Shown one piece after another: positions 54,278-64,000 of a stretch of 64,000 nucleotides of DNA. The notes beneath the pieces are model-generated. The model saw only the letters and a program-made list of their open reading frames with translations. It made no database searches and had not been told where the DNA came from. Position 1 is the first letter of the stretch. Each line of letters opens with the position of its first letter. Origin of the DNA: a phage; the sequence record PZ445517.1, one strand, 5' to 3'. A program made the translations under genes and the position numbers.

Positions 54278-57200
54278 ATGGCCGAGACTAAAAGAAAGTT
54301 CAGAGCAGAAGATGGTCTGGACGCAGGTGGCGATAAAATAATCAACGTAGCTTTAGCTGATCGTACCGTAGGAACTGACGGTGTTAACGTTGATTACTTA
54401 ATTCAAGAAAACACAGTTCAACAATATGATCCAACTCGTGGATATTTAAAAGATTTTGTAATCATTTATAATAATCGTTTTTGGGCAGCAACGGATAATA
54501 TTCCAAAACCTGCTGGAAGTTTTAATAGAATTCGTTGGAAAGCATTACGTACTGATGCCGTATATACAACCGTATCATCTGGACCATATCAATTAAAATC
54601 CGGAGAAGCAATTTCAGTAGATACATCAGTTGGTAATGACATTGAGTTTAATTTACCGCCTTCTCCGCTTGATGGAGAAACCGTAATAATTCAAGATATT
54701 GGTGGAAAACCTGGTATAAATCAGGTTAAAATAAATTCTTCAAATCAGAGTATTGTTAATTTTAGAGGTGAACAAGTACGTTCAGTTCTAATGACTCATC
54801 CAAAGTCACAGATGATATTCATTTTTAATAATCGTTTGTGGCAAATGTATGTTGCTGATTATAGCAGAGAAGCTGCGATTGTTACTCCATCGACTGCATA
54901 TCAAGCACAATCTAATGATTTTATCGTGCGTAGATTTACTTCCGCTGCGCCGATTAATATTAAACTTCCGAGATTTGCTAATCATGGCGATATTATTAAT
55001 TTCGTTGATTTAGATAAATTAAATCCACTTTATCATACAATTGTCACGACATATGATGAAACAACTTCAGTACAAGAAGTTGGAACTCATTCTATTGAAG
55101 GCCGTACATTGATTGACGGTTTCTTGATGTTTGATGATAATGAAAAATTATGGAGATTGTTTGACGGGGATAGTAAAGCACGTTTACGCATTATAACAAC
55201 TAATTCTAATATTCGTCCAAATGAAGAAGTTATGGTATTTGGTGCGAATAACGGAACACCCCAAACAATTGAACTTCAGCTTCCAACCGATATTTCCATT
55301 GGTGATACTGTTAAAATTTCCATGAATTACATGAGAAAAGGACAAACAGTTAAAATCAAAGCTGCCGGTGAAGATAAAATTGCTTCTTCAGTTCAATTGC
55401 TGCAATTCCCAAAACGTTCAGAATATCCACCTGAAGCTGAATGGGTGACTGTTCAAGAATTAGTTTTTAACGGCGAAACCAATTATGTTCCAGTTTTACA
55501 GCTTGCTTATATAGAAGATTCTGATGGAAAATACTGGGTGGTGCAGCAAAACGTGCCAACAGTTGAAAGAGTTGATTCTTTAAATGATTCTACTAGAGCA
55601 AGATTAGGCGTAATTGCTTTAGCTACACAAGCTCAAGCAAATGCTGATTTAGAAAATTCTCCACAAAAAGAATTAGCAATTACACCAGAAACATTAGCTA
55701 ACCGTACTGCCACAGAAACTCGTAGAGGTATCGCAAGAATAGCAACTACTGCTCAAGTAAATCAGAACACCACATTCTCTTTTGCTGATGATATTATCAT
55801 CACTCCTAAAAAGCTGAATGAAAGAACTGCTACAGAAACTCGTAGAGGTGTCGCTGAAATTGCTACGCAGCAGGAAACTAATACAGGTACTGATGATACT
55901 ACAATCATCACTCCTAAAAAGCTTCAAGCTCGACAAGGTTCTGAGTCATTATCTGGTATTGTAACCTTTGTATCTACTGCAGGAGCTACTCCAGCTTCTA
56001 GTCGTGAATTAAATGGTACAAACGTTTATAATAAAAACACTAATAATTTAGTTGTTTCGCCTAAAGCTTTGGATCAGTATAAAGCTACTCCAACGCAACA
56101 AGGTGCAGTAATTTTAGCAGTTGAAAGTGAAGTAATTGCTGGACAAAGCCAAGAAGGATGGGCAAATGCGGTTGTAACGCCAGAAACGTTACATAAAAAG
56201 ACATCAACTGATGCAAGAATTGGTTTAATTGAAATTGCTACGCAAAGTGAAGTTAATACAGGAACTGATTATACTCGTGCAGTCACTCCTAAAACTTTAA
56301 ATGACCGTAAAGCAACTGAAAGTTTAACTGGTATAGCTGAAATTGCTACGCAAGTTGAATTCGACGCAGGCGTCGACGATACTCGTATCTCTACACCATT
56401 AAAAATTAAAACCAGATTTAATAGTACTGATCGTACTTCTGTTGTTGCTCTATCTGGATTAGTTGAATCAGGAACTCTCTGGGACCATTATACCCTTAAT
56501 ATTCTTGAAGCAAATGAGACACAGCGTGGTACACTTCGTGTAGCTACACAAGTTGAAGCTGCTGCAGGAACATTGGATAATGTTCTAATAACTCCTAAAA
56601 AGCTTTTAGGTACTAAATCTACTGAAGCACAGGAAGGCGTTATTAAAGTTGCAACTCGGTCTGAAACTGTGGCTGGAACGTCAGCAAATACTGCTGTATC
56701 TCCAAAAAATTTAAAATGGATTGTGCAGAGTGAACCTACATGGGCAGCTACTACTGCGATAAGAGGTTTTGTTAAAACCTCATCTGGTTCAATTACGTTC
56801 GTTGGTAATGATACAGCTGGTTCTACGCAGGACTTAGAACTATATGAGAAAAATAACTATGCAGTATCACCATATGAATTAAACCGCGTATTAGCAAATT
56901 ATTTGCCGTTAAAAGCAAAAGCTGTAGATAGTAATTTATTAGATGGTTTAGATTCACTCCAGTTCATTCGTAGGGATATTGCGCAGACGGTTAATGGTTC
57001 ACTAACCTTAACACAACAAACGAATCTGAGTGCCCCTCTTGTATCATCTAGTACTGCTACGTTTGGTGGATCAGTTTCGGCAAATAGTACATTAACTATT
57101 TCTAATACTGGAACAGCAACTCGTCTGATTTTTGAGAAAGGACCTCAAACTGGGACGAACCCAGCTCAAACGATGACAGTCAGAGTGTGGGGAAATCAAT

Positions 57201-58147
57201 TCAGCGGTGAATCGGACACAACACGTTCTACTGTATTTGAAGTTAGTGATGAAACGTCTAGTCACTTTTATTCTCAGCGCAATAAAGCTGGTAATATAAC
57301 ATTTAATATCAATGGTACAGTAACACCAATAAATGTGAATGCTTCAGGCACATTGAATGTGAATGGCGTAGCAACATTCGGCAGTTCGGTGACCGCACAG
57401 GGTGAATTTATAACCTATAGTGCAAACGCATTTAGAGCTATTAGTGGTAATTACGGATTCTTTATCAGGAATGGTGGCAGCATCACACATTTTATGCTCA
57501 CTGAATCTGGCGACCAGACCGGTGGATTTAATGGATTACGTCCTTTATCTATTAATAATGCATCTGGTCAAGTAACGATTGGTGAAAGCTTAATCATTGC
57601 CAAAGGTGCTACTATAAGTTCAGGTGGTTTAACTGTCAACTCGAGAATTCGTTCTCAGGGTACTAAAACCTCTGATTTATATACTCGTGCGCCAACATCT
57701 GATACTGTAGGATTCTGGTCAATCGATATTAATGATTCAGCCACTTATAACCAGTTCCCGGGTTATTTTAAGATGGTTGAAAAAACTAATGAAGTGACTG
57801 GGCTTCCATACTTAGAACGTGGCGAAGAAGTTAAATCTCCTGGTACATTGACTCAGTTTGGTAACACACTTGATTCGCTTTACCAAGATTGGATTACTTA
57901 TCCAACTACCCCAGAAGCGCGCACCACTCGCTGGACACGCACATGGCAGAAAACCAAAAACTCTTGGTCAAGTTTTGTTCAGGTATTTGATGGGGGTAAC
58001 CCTCCTCAGCCGTCTGATATCGGTGCTTTACCATCTGATAATGCTATAATGGGGAATCTTACTATTCGTGATTTCTTACGAATTGGTAATGTTCGCATTA
58101 TTCCTGACCCAGTGAATAAAACGGTTAAATTTGAATGGGTTGAATAA
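54278..58147 (+). CDS. 34: long tail fibre proximal subunit gp34
   Basis: 1289-aa ORF, same length as T4 gp34; internal tandem sequence repeats; late promoter upstream. Confidence 0.93.
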   Translation: MAETKRKFRAEDGLDAGGDKIINVALADRTVGTDGVNVDYLIQENTVQQYDPTRGYLKDFVIIYNNRFWAATDNIPKPAGSFNRIRWKALRTDAVYTTVSSGPYQLKSGEAISVDTSVGNDIEFNLPPSPLDGETVIIQDIGGKPGINQVKINSSNQSIVNFRGEQVRSVLMTHPKSQMIFIFNNRLWQMYVADYSREAAIVTPSTAYQAQSNDFIVRRFTSAAPINIKLPRFANHGDIINFVDLDKLNPLYHTIVTTYDETTSVQEVGTHSIEGRTLIDGFLMFDDNEKLWRLFDGDSKARLRIITTNSNIRPNEEVMVFGANNGTPQTIELQLPTDISIGDTVKISMNYMRKGQTVKIKAAGEDKIASSVQLLQFPKRSEYPPEAEWVTVQELVFNGETNYVPVLQLAYIEDSDGKYWVVQQNVPTVERVDSLNDSTRARLGVIALATQAQANADLENSPQKELAITPETLANRTATETRRGIARIATTAQVNQNTTFSFADDIIITPKKLNERTATETRRGVAEIATQQETNTGTDDTTIITPKKLQARQGSESLSGIVTFVSTAGATPASSRELNGTNVYNKNTNNLVVSPKALDQYKATPTQQGAVILAVESEVIAGQSQEGWANAVVTPETLHKKTSTDARIGLIEIATQSEVNTGTDYTRAVTPKTLNDRKATESLTGIAEIATQVEFDAGVDDTRISTPLKIKTRFNSTDRTSVVALSGLVESGTLWDHYTLNILEANETQRGTLRVATQVEAAAGTLDNVLITPKKLLGTKSTEAQEGVIKVATRSETVAGTSANTAVSPKNLKWIVQSEPTWAATTAIRGFVKTSSGSITFVGNDTAGSTQDLELYEKNNYAVSPYELNRVLANYLPLKAKAVDSNLLDGLDSLQFIRRDIAQTVNGSLTLTQQTNLSAPLVSSSTATFGGSVSANSTLTISNTGTATRLIFEKGPQTGTNPAQTMTVRVWGNQFSGESDTTRSTVFEVSDETSSHFYSQRNKAGNITFNINGTVTPINVNASGTLNVNGVATFGSSVTAQGEFITYSANAFRAISGNYGFFIRNGGSITHFMLTESGDQTGGFNGLRPLSINNASGQVTIGESLIIAKGATISSGGLTVNSRIRSQGTKTSDLYTRAPTSDTVGFWSIDINDSATYNQFPGYFKMVEKTNEVTGLPYLERGEEVKSPGTLTQFGNTLDSLYQDWITYPTTPEARTTRWTRTWQKTKNSWSSFVQVFDGGNPPQPSDIGALPSDNAIMGNLTIRDFLRIGNVRIIPDPVNKTVKFEWVE
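55650..56720 (+). repeat. in-frame tandem repeats within gene 34
   Basis: DNA motif actgc(c/t)acagaaactcgtagaggt recurs about 130 nt apart; protein motif ITPKKL...TETRRG.AEIATQ repeated about seven times. Confidence 0.7.
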
Positions 58148-58155
58148 GAGGTATT

Positions 58156-59271
58156 ATGGAAAAATTTATGGCAGAGTTTGGACAAGGATATGTCCAAACG
58201 CCATTTTTATCGGAAAGTAATTCAGTAAGATATAAAATAAGCATAGCGGGTTCTTGTCCGCTTTCTACAGCAGGACCATATGTTAAATTTCAGGATAATC
58301 CTATCGGAAGCCAAACGTTCGACGCAGGTCTTCATTTAAGAGTTTTTGACCCTTCCACAGGAGCATTAGTTGATAGTAAGTCATATGCTTTTTCTACTTC
58401 AAATAATACTACATCAGCTGCTTTTGTTAGTTTCATGAATTCTTTGTTAAACAATAGACTTGTTGCTATATTAACTAGCGGAAAGGTTAATTTTCCTCCT
58501 GAAGTGGTATCTTGGTTAAGGGGAGCAGGAACTTCAGTTTTTCCATCAGATTCCGTATTGTCAAGATTTGACGTATCATATGCTGCTTTTTATACTTCTT
58601 CTAAAAGAGCTATTGCATTAGAGCATGTTAAACTAAGTAATAGAAAAAGCACAGATGATTATCAAACTATTTTAGATGTTGTATTTGATAGTTTAGAAGA
58701 CGTTGGAGCTACGGGATTTCCTAAAAGAACATATGAAAGTGTCGAGCAATTCATGTCAGCGGTTGGTGGAACTAATAACGAAATTGCGCGATTGCCAACT
58801 TCAGCTGCTATAAGTAAACTTTCTGACTATAATTTAATTCCTGGTGATGTTCTTTATCTTAAAGCACAGTTATATGCTGATGCTGATTTACTTGATCTTG
58901 GAACTACAAATATATCCATTCGTTTTTATGATGCATCAAATGGATATATTTCTTCAACACAGGCTGAGTTTACTGGACAAGCTGGATCTTGGGAATTAAA
59001 GGAAGATTATGTAGTTGTTCCTGAAAATGCAGTCGGATTTACTATATATGCGCAGAGAACTGCTCAAGCTGGTCAAGGCGGAATGAGGAATTTAAGCTTT
59101 TCTGAAGTATCAAGAAATGGCGGCATTTCAAAACCTGCCGAATTTGGCGTCAACGGTATTCGCGTTAATTATGTCTGTGAATCGGCTTCACCTCCAGATA
59201 TAATGGTACTTCCTACACAAGCCTCTTCTAAAACTGGCAAAGTGTTTGGGCAAGAATTTAGAGAAGTTTAA
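58156..59271 (+). CDS. 35: long tail fibre hinge protein gp35
   Basis: 371-aa ORF; synteny. Confidence 0.88.
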   Translation: MEKFMAEFGQGYVQTPFLSESNSVRYKISIAGSCPLSTAGPYVKFQDNPIGSQTFDAGLHLRVFDPSTGALVDSKSYAFSTSNNTTSAAFVSFMNSLLNNRLVAILTSGKVNFPPEVVSWLRGAGTSVFPSDSVLSRFDVSYAAFYTSSKRAIALEHVKLSNRKSTDDYQTILDVVFDSLEDVGATGFPKRTYESVEQFMSAVGGTNNEIARLPTSAAISKLSDYNLIPGDVLYLKAQLYADADLLDLGTTNISIRFYDASNGYISSTQAEFTGQAGSWELKEDYVVVPENAVGFTIYAQRTAQAGQGGMRNLSFSEVSRNGGISKPAEFGVNGIRVNYVCESASPPDIMVLPTQASSKTGKVFGQEFREV

Positions 59272-59276
59272 ACTGA

Positions 59277-59294
59277 GGGAGCCTTTGGGTTCCC
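59277..59294 (+). terminator. hairpin plus T-run after gene 35
   Basis: GGGAGCC-tttg-GGTTCCC (one G-U pair) followed by TTTTTCTTT, immediately before the gene 36 late promoter. Confidence 0.5.
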
Positions 59295-59302
59295 TTTTTC
59301 TT

Positions 59303-59310
59303 TATAAATA
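59303..59310 (+). promoter_or_regulatory. late promoter (TATAAATA) for gene 36
   Basis: Exact TATAAATA about 24 nt upstream of the gene 36 ATG, after a hairpin. Confidence 0.6.
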
Positions 59311-59333
59311 ATATTAAAATAAAGGGGCATATA

Positions 59334-60023
59334 ATGGCTGATTTAAAAGTAGGTTCAACTGTGGGTGGATCTGTCATTTGGCATCAAGGAAATTTTCCAT
59401 TGAATTCAGCCGGTGACGATGTACTCTACAAATCATTTAAAATATATTCAGAATATAATAAACCACAGGCAGCTGATAACGATTTCGTTTCTAAAGCTAA
59501 TGGTGGCACAAAGTCTGGAGGTTTCCAAAAAGAAGTAGAATTTAAAGAAGGCGTTAAAATTTCTGCAACGTTTTCTAATGGTTCAGACCTGAATGGGTTA
59601 TATTCTGGCAATGGAGATGGAGCTTCCAGAGAAAAAGCTAACATGGATTTACATTCATGGTACGGCATTGGTATTTGGAACACATGCACAGGTGATGGGA
59701 TCCAGGGACGCACAATCTGGTTTAATGCCAGGCGTGGTACAATTGAAACAGTTGGCGATATTGTTTCGGGCCGACAAGTTATTTCTAATGCTTCAGTACC
59801 GACCGGCCCAGCACACTTAACTCGCAAAGATTATGTCGATGGAGCAATAAATACTGTTACGACAAATGCAAACTCTAGAGTGTTACGATCTGGTGACACC
59901 ATGACAGGAAATTTAACTGCGCCAAACCTTTTTTCACAGAATCCTGCATCTCAACCTTCACACGTTCCACGATTTGACCAAATCGTGATTAAGGATTCTG
60001 TTCAAGATTTCGGCTATTATTAA
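59334..60023 (+). CDS. 36: long tail fibre distal small subunit gp36
   Basis: 229-aa ORF; late promoter upstream; synteny. Confidence 0.88.
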   Translation: MADLKVGSTVGGSVIWHQGNFPLNSAGDDVLYKSFKIYSEYNKPQAADNDFVSKANGGTKSGGFQKEVEFKEGVKISATFSNGSDLNGLYSGNGDGASREKANMDLHSWYGIGIWNTCTGDGIQGRTIWFNARRGTIETVGDIVSGRQVISNASVPTGPAHLTRKDYVDGAINTVTTNANSRVLRSGDTMTGNLTAPNLFSQNPASQPSHVPRFDQIVIKDSVQDFGYY

Positions 60024-60031
60024 GAGGACTT

Positions 60032-63000
60032 ATGGCTACTTTAAAACAAATACAATTTAAAAGAAGCAAAACTGCAGGTCAACTTCCTGCTGCTTCAGTA
60101 TTAGCCGAAGGTGAATTGGCTATTAATTTAAAAGATAAAACAATTTTCACAAAAGATGACTCAGGCAATGTTATAGAATTAGGTTTAAAATATGGAGGAA
60201 CAATTGATGGTTCTTTAACTGTTAATGGAAATATAACTGGAACTTTAATTGGAAATTCTAGCACAGCTACTAAATTGCAAACACCTAGGAAAATTAATGG
60301 TATATCCTTTGACGGGTCAAAAGATATCACGCTAACTCCATCTGACATAAATGTCAATAGCACAACGTTTATAAAAAATAACGGCGAATTACCTACTAAT
60401 GCTAATTTAGATACGTATGGGCCCATTGAAGAATATCTTGGTGTTTGGTCGAAATCTACTTCAGTAAATGCGCAACCAGCAAATAAATTCCCAGAAGAAA
60501 ATGCCGTAGGTGTATTAGAAGTATTTGTGGCAGGCCAATTTGCTGGCACTCAGCGTTATACTGTTCGGTCTGGTAACGTTTATATTCGTTCCTTATCTGC
60601 TAAATGGAATGGCGTAGATGGTCCGTGGGGTGTATGGCGTAATGTTCAAGCGTCAACTCGTCCACTTTCACAAACGATTGATCTTGATAGCTTGGGAGAA
60701 TTAGAACATTGTGGCTTATGGCGAAACAGTTCAAGCGCAATCGCATCATTTGATCGCCATTATCCAGAAGAAGGATCAGCCGCACAAGGATTTTTAGAAA
60801 TATTTGAAGGTGGTTTATACACGAGAACGCAGCGATATACTACCCGCATGGGTATGGTTTATACTCGTTGTCTCGCTGCCGCATGGGATGCTAGCGCACC
60901 TAAGTGGGAGGAATGGAAGCAGGTTGGTCATGGCACACCAGCGACTTTCTATGACGGAGATCTGAATGATTTTAAAACTCCTGGGTTATATAATATTTTA
61001 GGCACTGATGCCGTTATTAACTGTCCTACCGGCGAAGGTTTGCCGACTGTTATTGTTGGTTTGCTGGAAGTTAAACAACGTGCTTCTGGCGGTGCTATTT
61101 TCCAAAAATTTACTACTGCCGGAACGGGTGCAACTACTCGCGATCGTATTTTTGAGCGTGCATATACTGGTGGTGTGTGGGGTGCATGGAACGAAGTATA
61201 TACGTCCTATTCTATGCCGATCACTCTGGGTATTGGTGGTGTTAAATCTCAATTAGCGGAGCTAGATTGGAACACATTTGATTTTGTTCCTGGCAGTATG
61301 TTTAGCGTTCCCTTGAACAAAATAAAGAATATGCCAGCAAATATGGATTGGGGCACGATTGATGGAAACCTGGTTATGTTTTCCGTTGGACCAAGCGAGA
61401 GTGACGGAACAGGTCGAACAGTTCAATTATGGCGTGGCAGAGCAACACAATCAGACTATCGTTATTTTGTTGTTCGTATTACTGGACCTTTGGCGAATAG
61501 AACTTGTACAGCTCGACGCGTTGTTCTTGAAGATGGTCGCCACACATGGACAGCTCAACAAGATTTTAATGGTGCTGTTAACTTCGGTGCTCCTACCAAT
61601 TTTAACTCTACTGTTAACCTTAATAACACTACCACTTTTAAAACAGAAGTTAAATTCCGCTCATCTAATGCATTCCGTATGTATGCCGGAAAATTTGGTA
61701 CAATTTTCCGTAATGATGGAGAGAGTCTTTATATTCTTTCCACCGACGAAGATGATCAAGCTGGAAACTTTAATACAAATAGACCTTTCCGTTATGAATT
61801 AAGAACTGGTGATGTTACTTTGGGTGGTGCTGTTGGTGCTAACGTTTTAATTTTAAAACGTGATTCTCTCACCGCATTTTTTGGCGGTGATATTAACATG
61901 AAAGGCACGATGACTTTTGACGCCGGGCGTTTAGGATCACGAGATTATTTTAAATTTAACCATTGGGGTGATAGTAATAATGCTCGTGATAACATCATCC
62001 AGTTAGAAGATAGTCAAGGCGCCCATTTTTCCACTGAACGTACTTTAGCGACAGGTGCAATTAAAACTCGTTTCTTTGGCGAAACATTCACTGATGGTAC
62101 ATTATACCTAAATCAGATGAATAATAGCTCTGAACGATTCTCTATTAATAATTGGGGAAATTCAGAAGTTGGTCGCGCGGCAGTGATGGAAGTCAGTGAT
62201 TCCAAAGGTTATCACTTCTATACGGAACGCAGGACAGATAACAGTTTGAATTTTGATGTTGCTGGCAATTTTACTGCGCATGGACCTTCCGGAATAACCA
62301 TCAAAAACTCAACTGGTGCACGACATATCTGGTTTAGAGATGATAGCGATGCAGAAAAGGCTGTTATCTGGGCTACAGATGAGGGTATTTTACATATTCG
62401 CAATAATCATGGGGGTTCATTTAGTCATCACTTCCAGGGTGCAATGATTAAAGCGGGAGAGCGTGTTCCATATAATGGTGAATACGCTCTTATCCGTGGT
62501 GATATTTCAGGTGGTGCATGGGTAGACTGGCGAGAGCGTCCGGCTGGATTGTTGGTAGACTGTCAGGACTCACGAAATCAAGCATATAACATTTGGAAAG
62601 CTACTCATTGGGGCGAACAGCACCTTGCGGCGATGGGTGTTCATGCTGGCGGTGGTAATCCTCATGTTGTATTGCATGTGGCTGGGAATGATTATGCATT
62701 TGCATTTAACGGTGATTTTACTGCTGGTGCTGCTGTATATTGTAACGACGTTTATATTCGTTCTGACCGTCGTCTGAAAATTAATGTTGAAGACTACGAA
62801 GAGAATGCGGTGGATAAGGTAAATAAACTCAAAGTTAAAACCTATGATAAAGTTAAATCTCTTTCTGACCGCGAAGTTATCGGCCATGAGATTGGTATTA
62901 TCGCACAGGATTTGCAAGAAGTATTACCGGAAGCTGTTAGCACTTCTAGTGTCGGATCTCAGGATAACCCAGAAGAAATTTTAACAATTTCTAACTCTGC

Positions 63001-63115
63001 TGTGAACGCGCTTTTAATTAAGGCTATTCAGGAAATGAGTGAAGAAATTAAAGAATTGAAAACGCCTCTCTTTACTAAAATTGCTCGCAAAATTAGTAAA
63101 TATTTTAAATTCTAA
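60032..63115 (+). CDS. 37: long tail fibre distal large subunit gp37 with C-terminal intramolecular chaperone-like domain
   Basis: 1027-aa ORF; last ~117 aa ([31 protein letters not shown] ... [20 protein letters not shown]) resemble the autoproteolytic chaperone domain of tail spikes/fibres. Confidence 0.9.
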   Translation: MATLKQIQFKRSKTAGQLPAASVLAEGELAINLKDKTIFTKDDSGNVIELGLKYGGTIDGSLTVNGNITGTLIGNSSTATKLQTPRKINGISFDGSKDITLTPSDINVNSTTFIKNNGELPTNANLDTYGPIEEYLGVWSKSTSVNAQPANKFPEENAVGVLEVFVAGQFAGTQRYTVRSGNVYIRSLSAKWNGVDGPWGVWRNVQASTRPLSQTIDLDSLGELEHCGLWRNSSSAIASFDRHYPEEGSAAQGFLEIFEGGLYTRTQRYTTRMGMVYTRCLAAAWDASAPKWEEWKQVGHGTPATFYDGDLNDFKTPGLYNILGTDAVINCPTGEGLPTVIVGLLEVKQRASGGAIFQKFTTAGTGATTRDRIFERAYTGGVWGAWNEVYTSYSMPITLGIGGVKSQLAELDWNTFDFVPGSMFSVPLNKIKNMPANMDWGTIDGNLVMFSVGPSESDGTGRTVQLWRGRATQSDYRYFVVRITGPLANRTCTARRVVLEDGRHTWTAQQDFNGAVNFGAPTNFNSTVNLNNTTTFKTEVKFRSSNAFRMYAGKFGTIFRNDGESLYILSTDEDDQAGNFNTNRPFRYELRTGDVTLGGAVGANVLILKRDSLTAFFGGDINMKGTMTFDAGRLGSRDYFKFNHWGDSNNARDNIIQLEDSQGAHFSTERTLATGAIKTRFFGETFTDGTLYLNQMNNSSERFSINNWGNSEVGRAAVMEVSDSKGYHFYTERRTDNSLNFDVAGNFTAHGPSGITIKNSTGARHIWFRDDSDAEKAVIWATDEGILHIRNNHGGSFSHHFQGAMIKAGERVPYNGEYALIRGDISGGAWVDWRERPAGLLVDCQDSRNQAYNIWKATHWGEQHLAAMGVHAGGGNPHVVLHVAGNDYAFAFNGDFTAGAAVYCNDVYIRSDRRLKINVEDYEENAVDKVNKLKVKTYDKVKSLSDREVIGHEIGIIAQDLQEVLPEAVSTSSVGSQDNPEEILTISNSAVNALLIKAIQEMSEEIKELKTPLFTKIARKISKYFKF

Positions 63116-63121
63116 CAACAA

Positions 63122-63136
63122 GGGGGAAATGCCCCC
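63122..63136 (+). terminator. hairpin after gene 37 (GGGGG-aaatg-CCCCC)
   Basis: 5-bp G/C stem 6 nt after the gene 37 stop, followed by TTTGG. Confidence 0.45.
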
Positions 63137-63151
63137 TTTGGAGTATAAATT

Positions 63152-63931
63152 ATGGCAGTAGTTGGAGTTCCTGGCTGGATTGGAAGTTCAGCCGTAAATG
63201 AAACGGGTCAGCGCTGGATGAGTCAAGCAGCTGGTCAATTAAGATTGGGTGTTCCTTGCTGGATGAGTCAATTTGCAGGTCGCTCAAGAGAAATTATTCA
63301 TACACTTGGAGCAGACCATAACTTCAATGGTCAATGGTTCCGAGATAGATGTTTTGAGGCAGGTAGTACACCTATAGTGTTTAATATCACTGGAGATTTA
63401 GTATCATATTCTAAAGATGTTCCTTTATTCTTCATGTATGGAGATACACCGAATGAATATGTTCAGTTGAATATACACGGCGTAGCGATGTATGGCCGTG
63501 GCGGTAATGGCGGTAGCAATAGTCCTGGTTCAGCTGGCGGTCATTGTATTCAAAACGATATTGGTGGGAGACTAAGAATTAATAATGGCGGAGCTATTGC
63601 TGGAGGTGGCGGCGGCGGAGGCGGCGGCAACAGGGGTAGACTATCCTTTGGCGGCGGAGGCGGTCGTCCATTTGGCGCTGGTGGGTCTTCCTCTCATATG
63701 AGTGCTGGTGCAACCTCCGGCACTATTTACGCTCCGGGTGCAGGATCTGTCGGTGAGGGGTCTCTTAGTGCATATACAGGCGGGAATGGCGGTGAAGTTG
63801 GCTCCGCAGGAGGTAGATGTAATACTCACGGTACCGGTACAGAATATGACGGCGGTGCTGCTGGTTATGCCGTCATAGGGTCTACGCCGACATGGCAAAA
63901 CGTTGGAGCAATATATGGTCCAAGAGTATAA
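63152..63931 (+). CDS. 38: T2-type gp38 receptor-recognising adhesin with glycine-rich motifs
   Basis: 259-aa ORF, N-terminus [30 protein letters not shown]; several poly-Gly islands ([23 protein letters not shown]) separated by variable segments. Confidence 0.88.
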   Translation: MAVVGVPGWIGSSAVNETGQRWMSQAAGQLRLGVPCWMSQFAGRSREIIHTLGADHNFNGQWFRDRCFEAGSTPIVFNITGDLVSYSKDVPLFFMYGDTPNEYVQLNIHGVAMYGRGGNGGSNSPGSAGGHCIQNDIGGRLRINNGGAIAGGGGGGGGGNRGRLSFGGGGGRPFGAGGSSSHMSAGATSGTIYAPGAGSVGEGSLSAYTGGNGGEVGSAGGRCNTHGTGTEYDGGAAGYAVIGSTPTWQNVGAIYGPRV

Positions 63932-63961
63932 TTTGAATAAATATCCTTAAAAGGAGGGTCT

Positions 63962-64000
63962 ATGGCAGCACCTAGAATATCATTTTCGCCCTCTGATATT
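63962..64000 (+). CDS. t: holin t, 5' end only (truncated by window edge)
   Basis: ATG after AAGGAGG site; first codons MAAPRISFSPSDI match the T4 holin N-terminus. Confidence 0.8.
   Translation, partial: MAAPRISFSPSDI

Noticed and set aside
55694-55936. 80-aa minus-strand ORF inside gene 34
   Set aside because: Generated by the tandem repeats of gene 34 read in antisense.
60079-62917. Several minus-strand and alternate-frame ORFs within gene 37
   Set aside because: Embedded in the long tail fibre gene; no start signals.
63144-63151. TATAAATT directly abutting the gene 38 ATG
   Set aside because: One mismatch to the late-promoter consensus and no room for a leader or ribosome-binding site between it and the start; gene 38 is more likely co-transcribed from the gene 36 promoter, with GGAG as its ribosome-binding site.
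63641-63898. 85-aa minus-strand ORF inside gene 38
   Set aside because: Antisense of the GGC-rich glycine motifs (reads as Ala/Pro/Thr-rich); artefact.

Overview
This window is a contiguous 64-kb segment of a T-even (T4/T2-like, Tequatrovirus-type) myovirus genome, running from the first base of the large terminase gene (17) to the first codons of the holin gene t. Identification rests on ORF order, ORF lengths and diagnostic motifs compared with my memory of the T4 reference; no database search was run. In order it contains: the head/tail morphogenesis block 17-18-19-20-67-68-21-22-23-24 (+ strand); rnlB, hoc, inh (- strand); uvsW/uvsW.1 (+); uvsY, baseplate wedge 25-26 (-); baseplate hub/tape-measure 51-27-28-29-48-54 (+); a long minus-strand early/accessory region (two tandem Alt-like ADP-ribosyltransferases, DNA ligase 30, a HAD-like and a NADAR-like protein, rIII, 31, cd, pseT, spanins, alc, rnlA, denA, nrdB, a Dam-family methyltransferase, nrdA, td, frd, 32, 59, 33, dsbA, rnh); and the long tail fibre genes 34-35-36-37-38 (+). 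The genotype looks T2-like rather than T4: td and nrdB are uninterrupted (no group I introns), there is no homing-endonuclease gene between 32 and 59, gp37 ends in an intramolecular-chaperone-like domain, and gp38 is a glycine-rich adhesin. Points that stand out against the T4 layout as I recall it are a Dam-family methyltransferase sitting between nrdB and nrdA, a 115-aa ORF inserted between frd and td, tandem Alt paralogues, and a NADAR-like/HAD-like pair downstream of ligase. Regulatory sites were found by reading the sequence: TATAAATA late promoters, GTTTAC/-10 early-promoter-like elements, GC-rich hairpins, and the gene 32 translational operator. Their coordinates were counted by hand from ORF-track anchors and may be off by 1-2 nt. 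No tRNA, rRNA or CRISPR array was seen.
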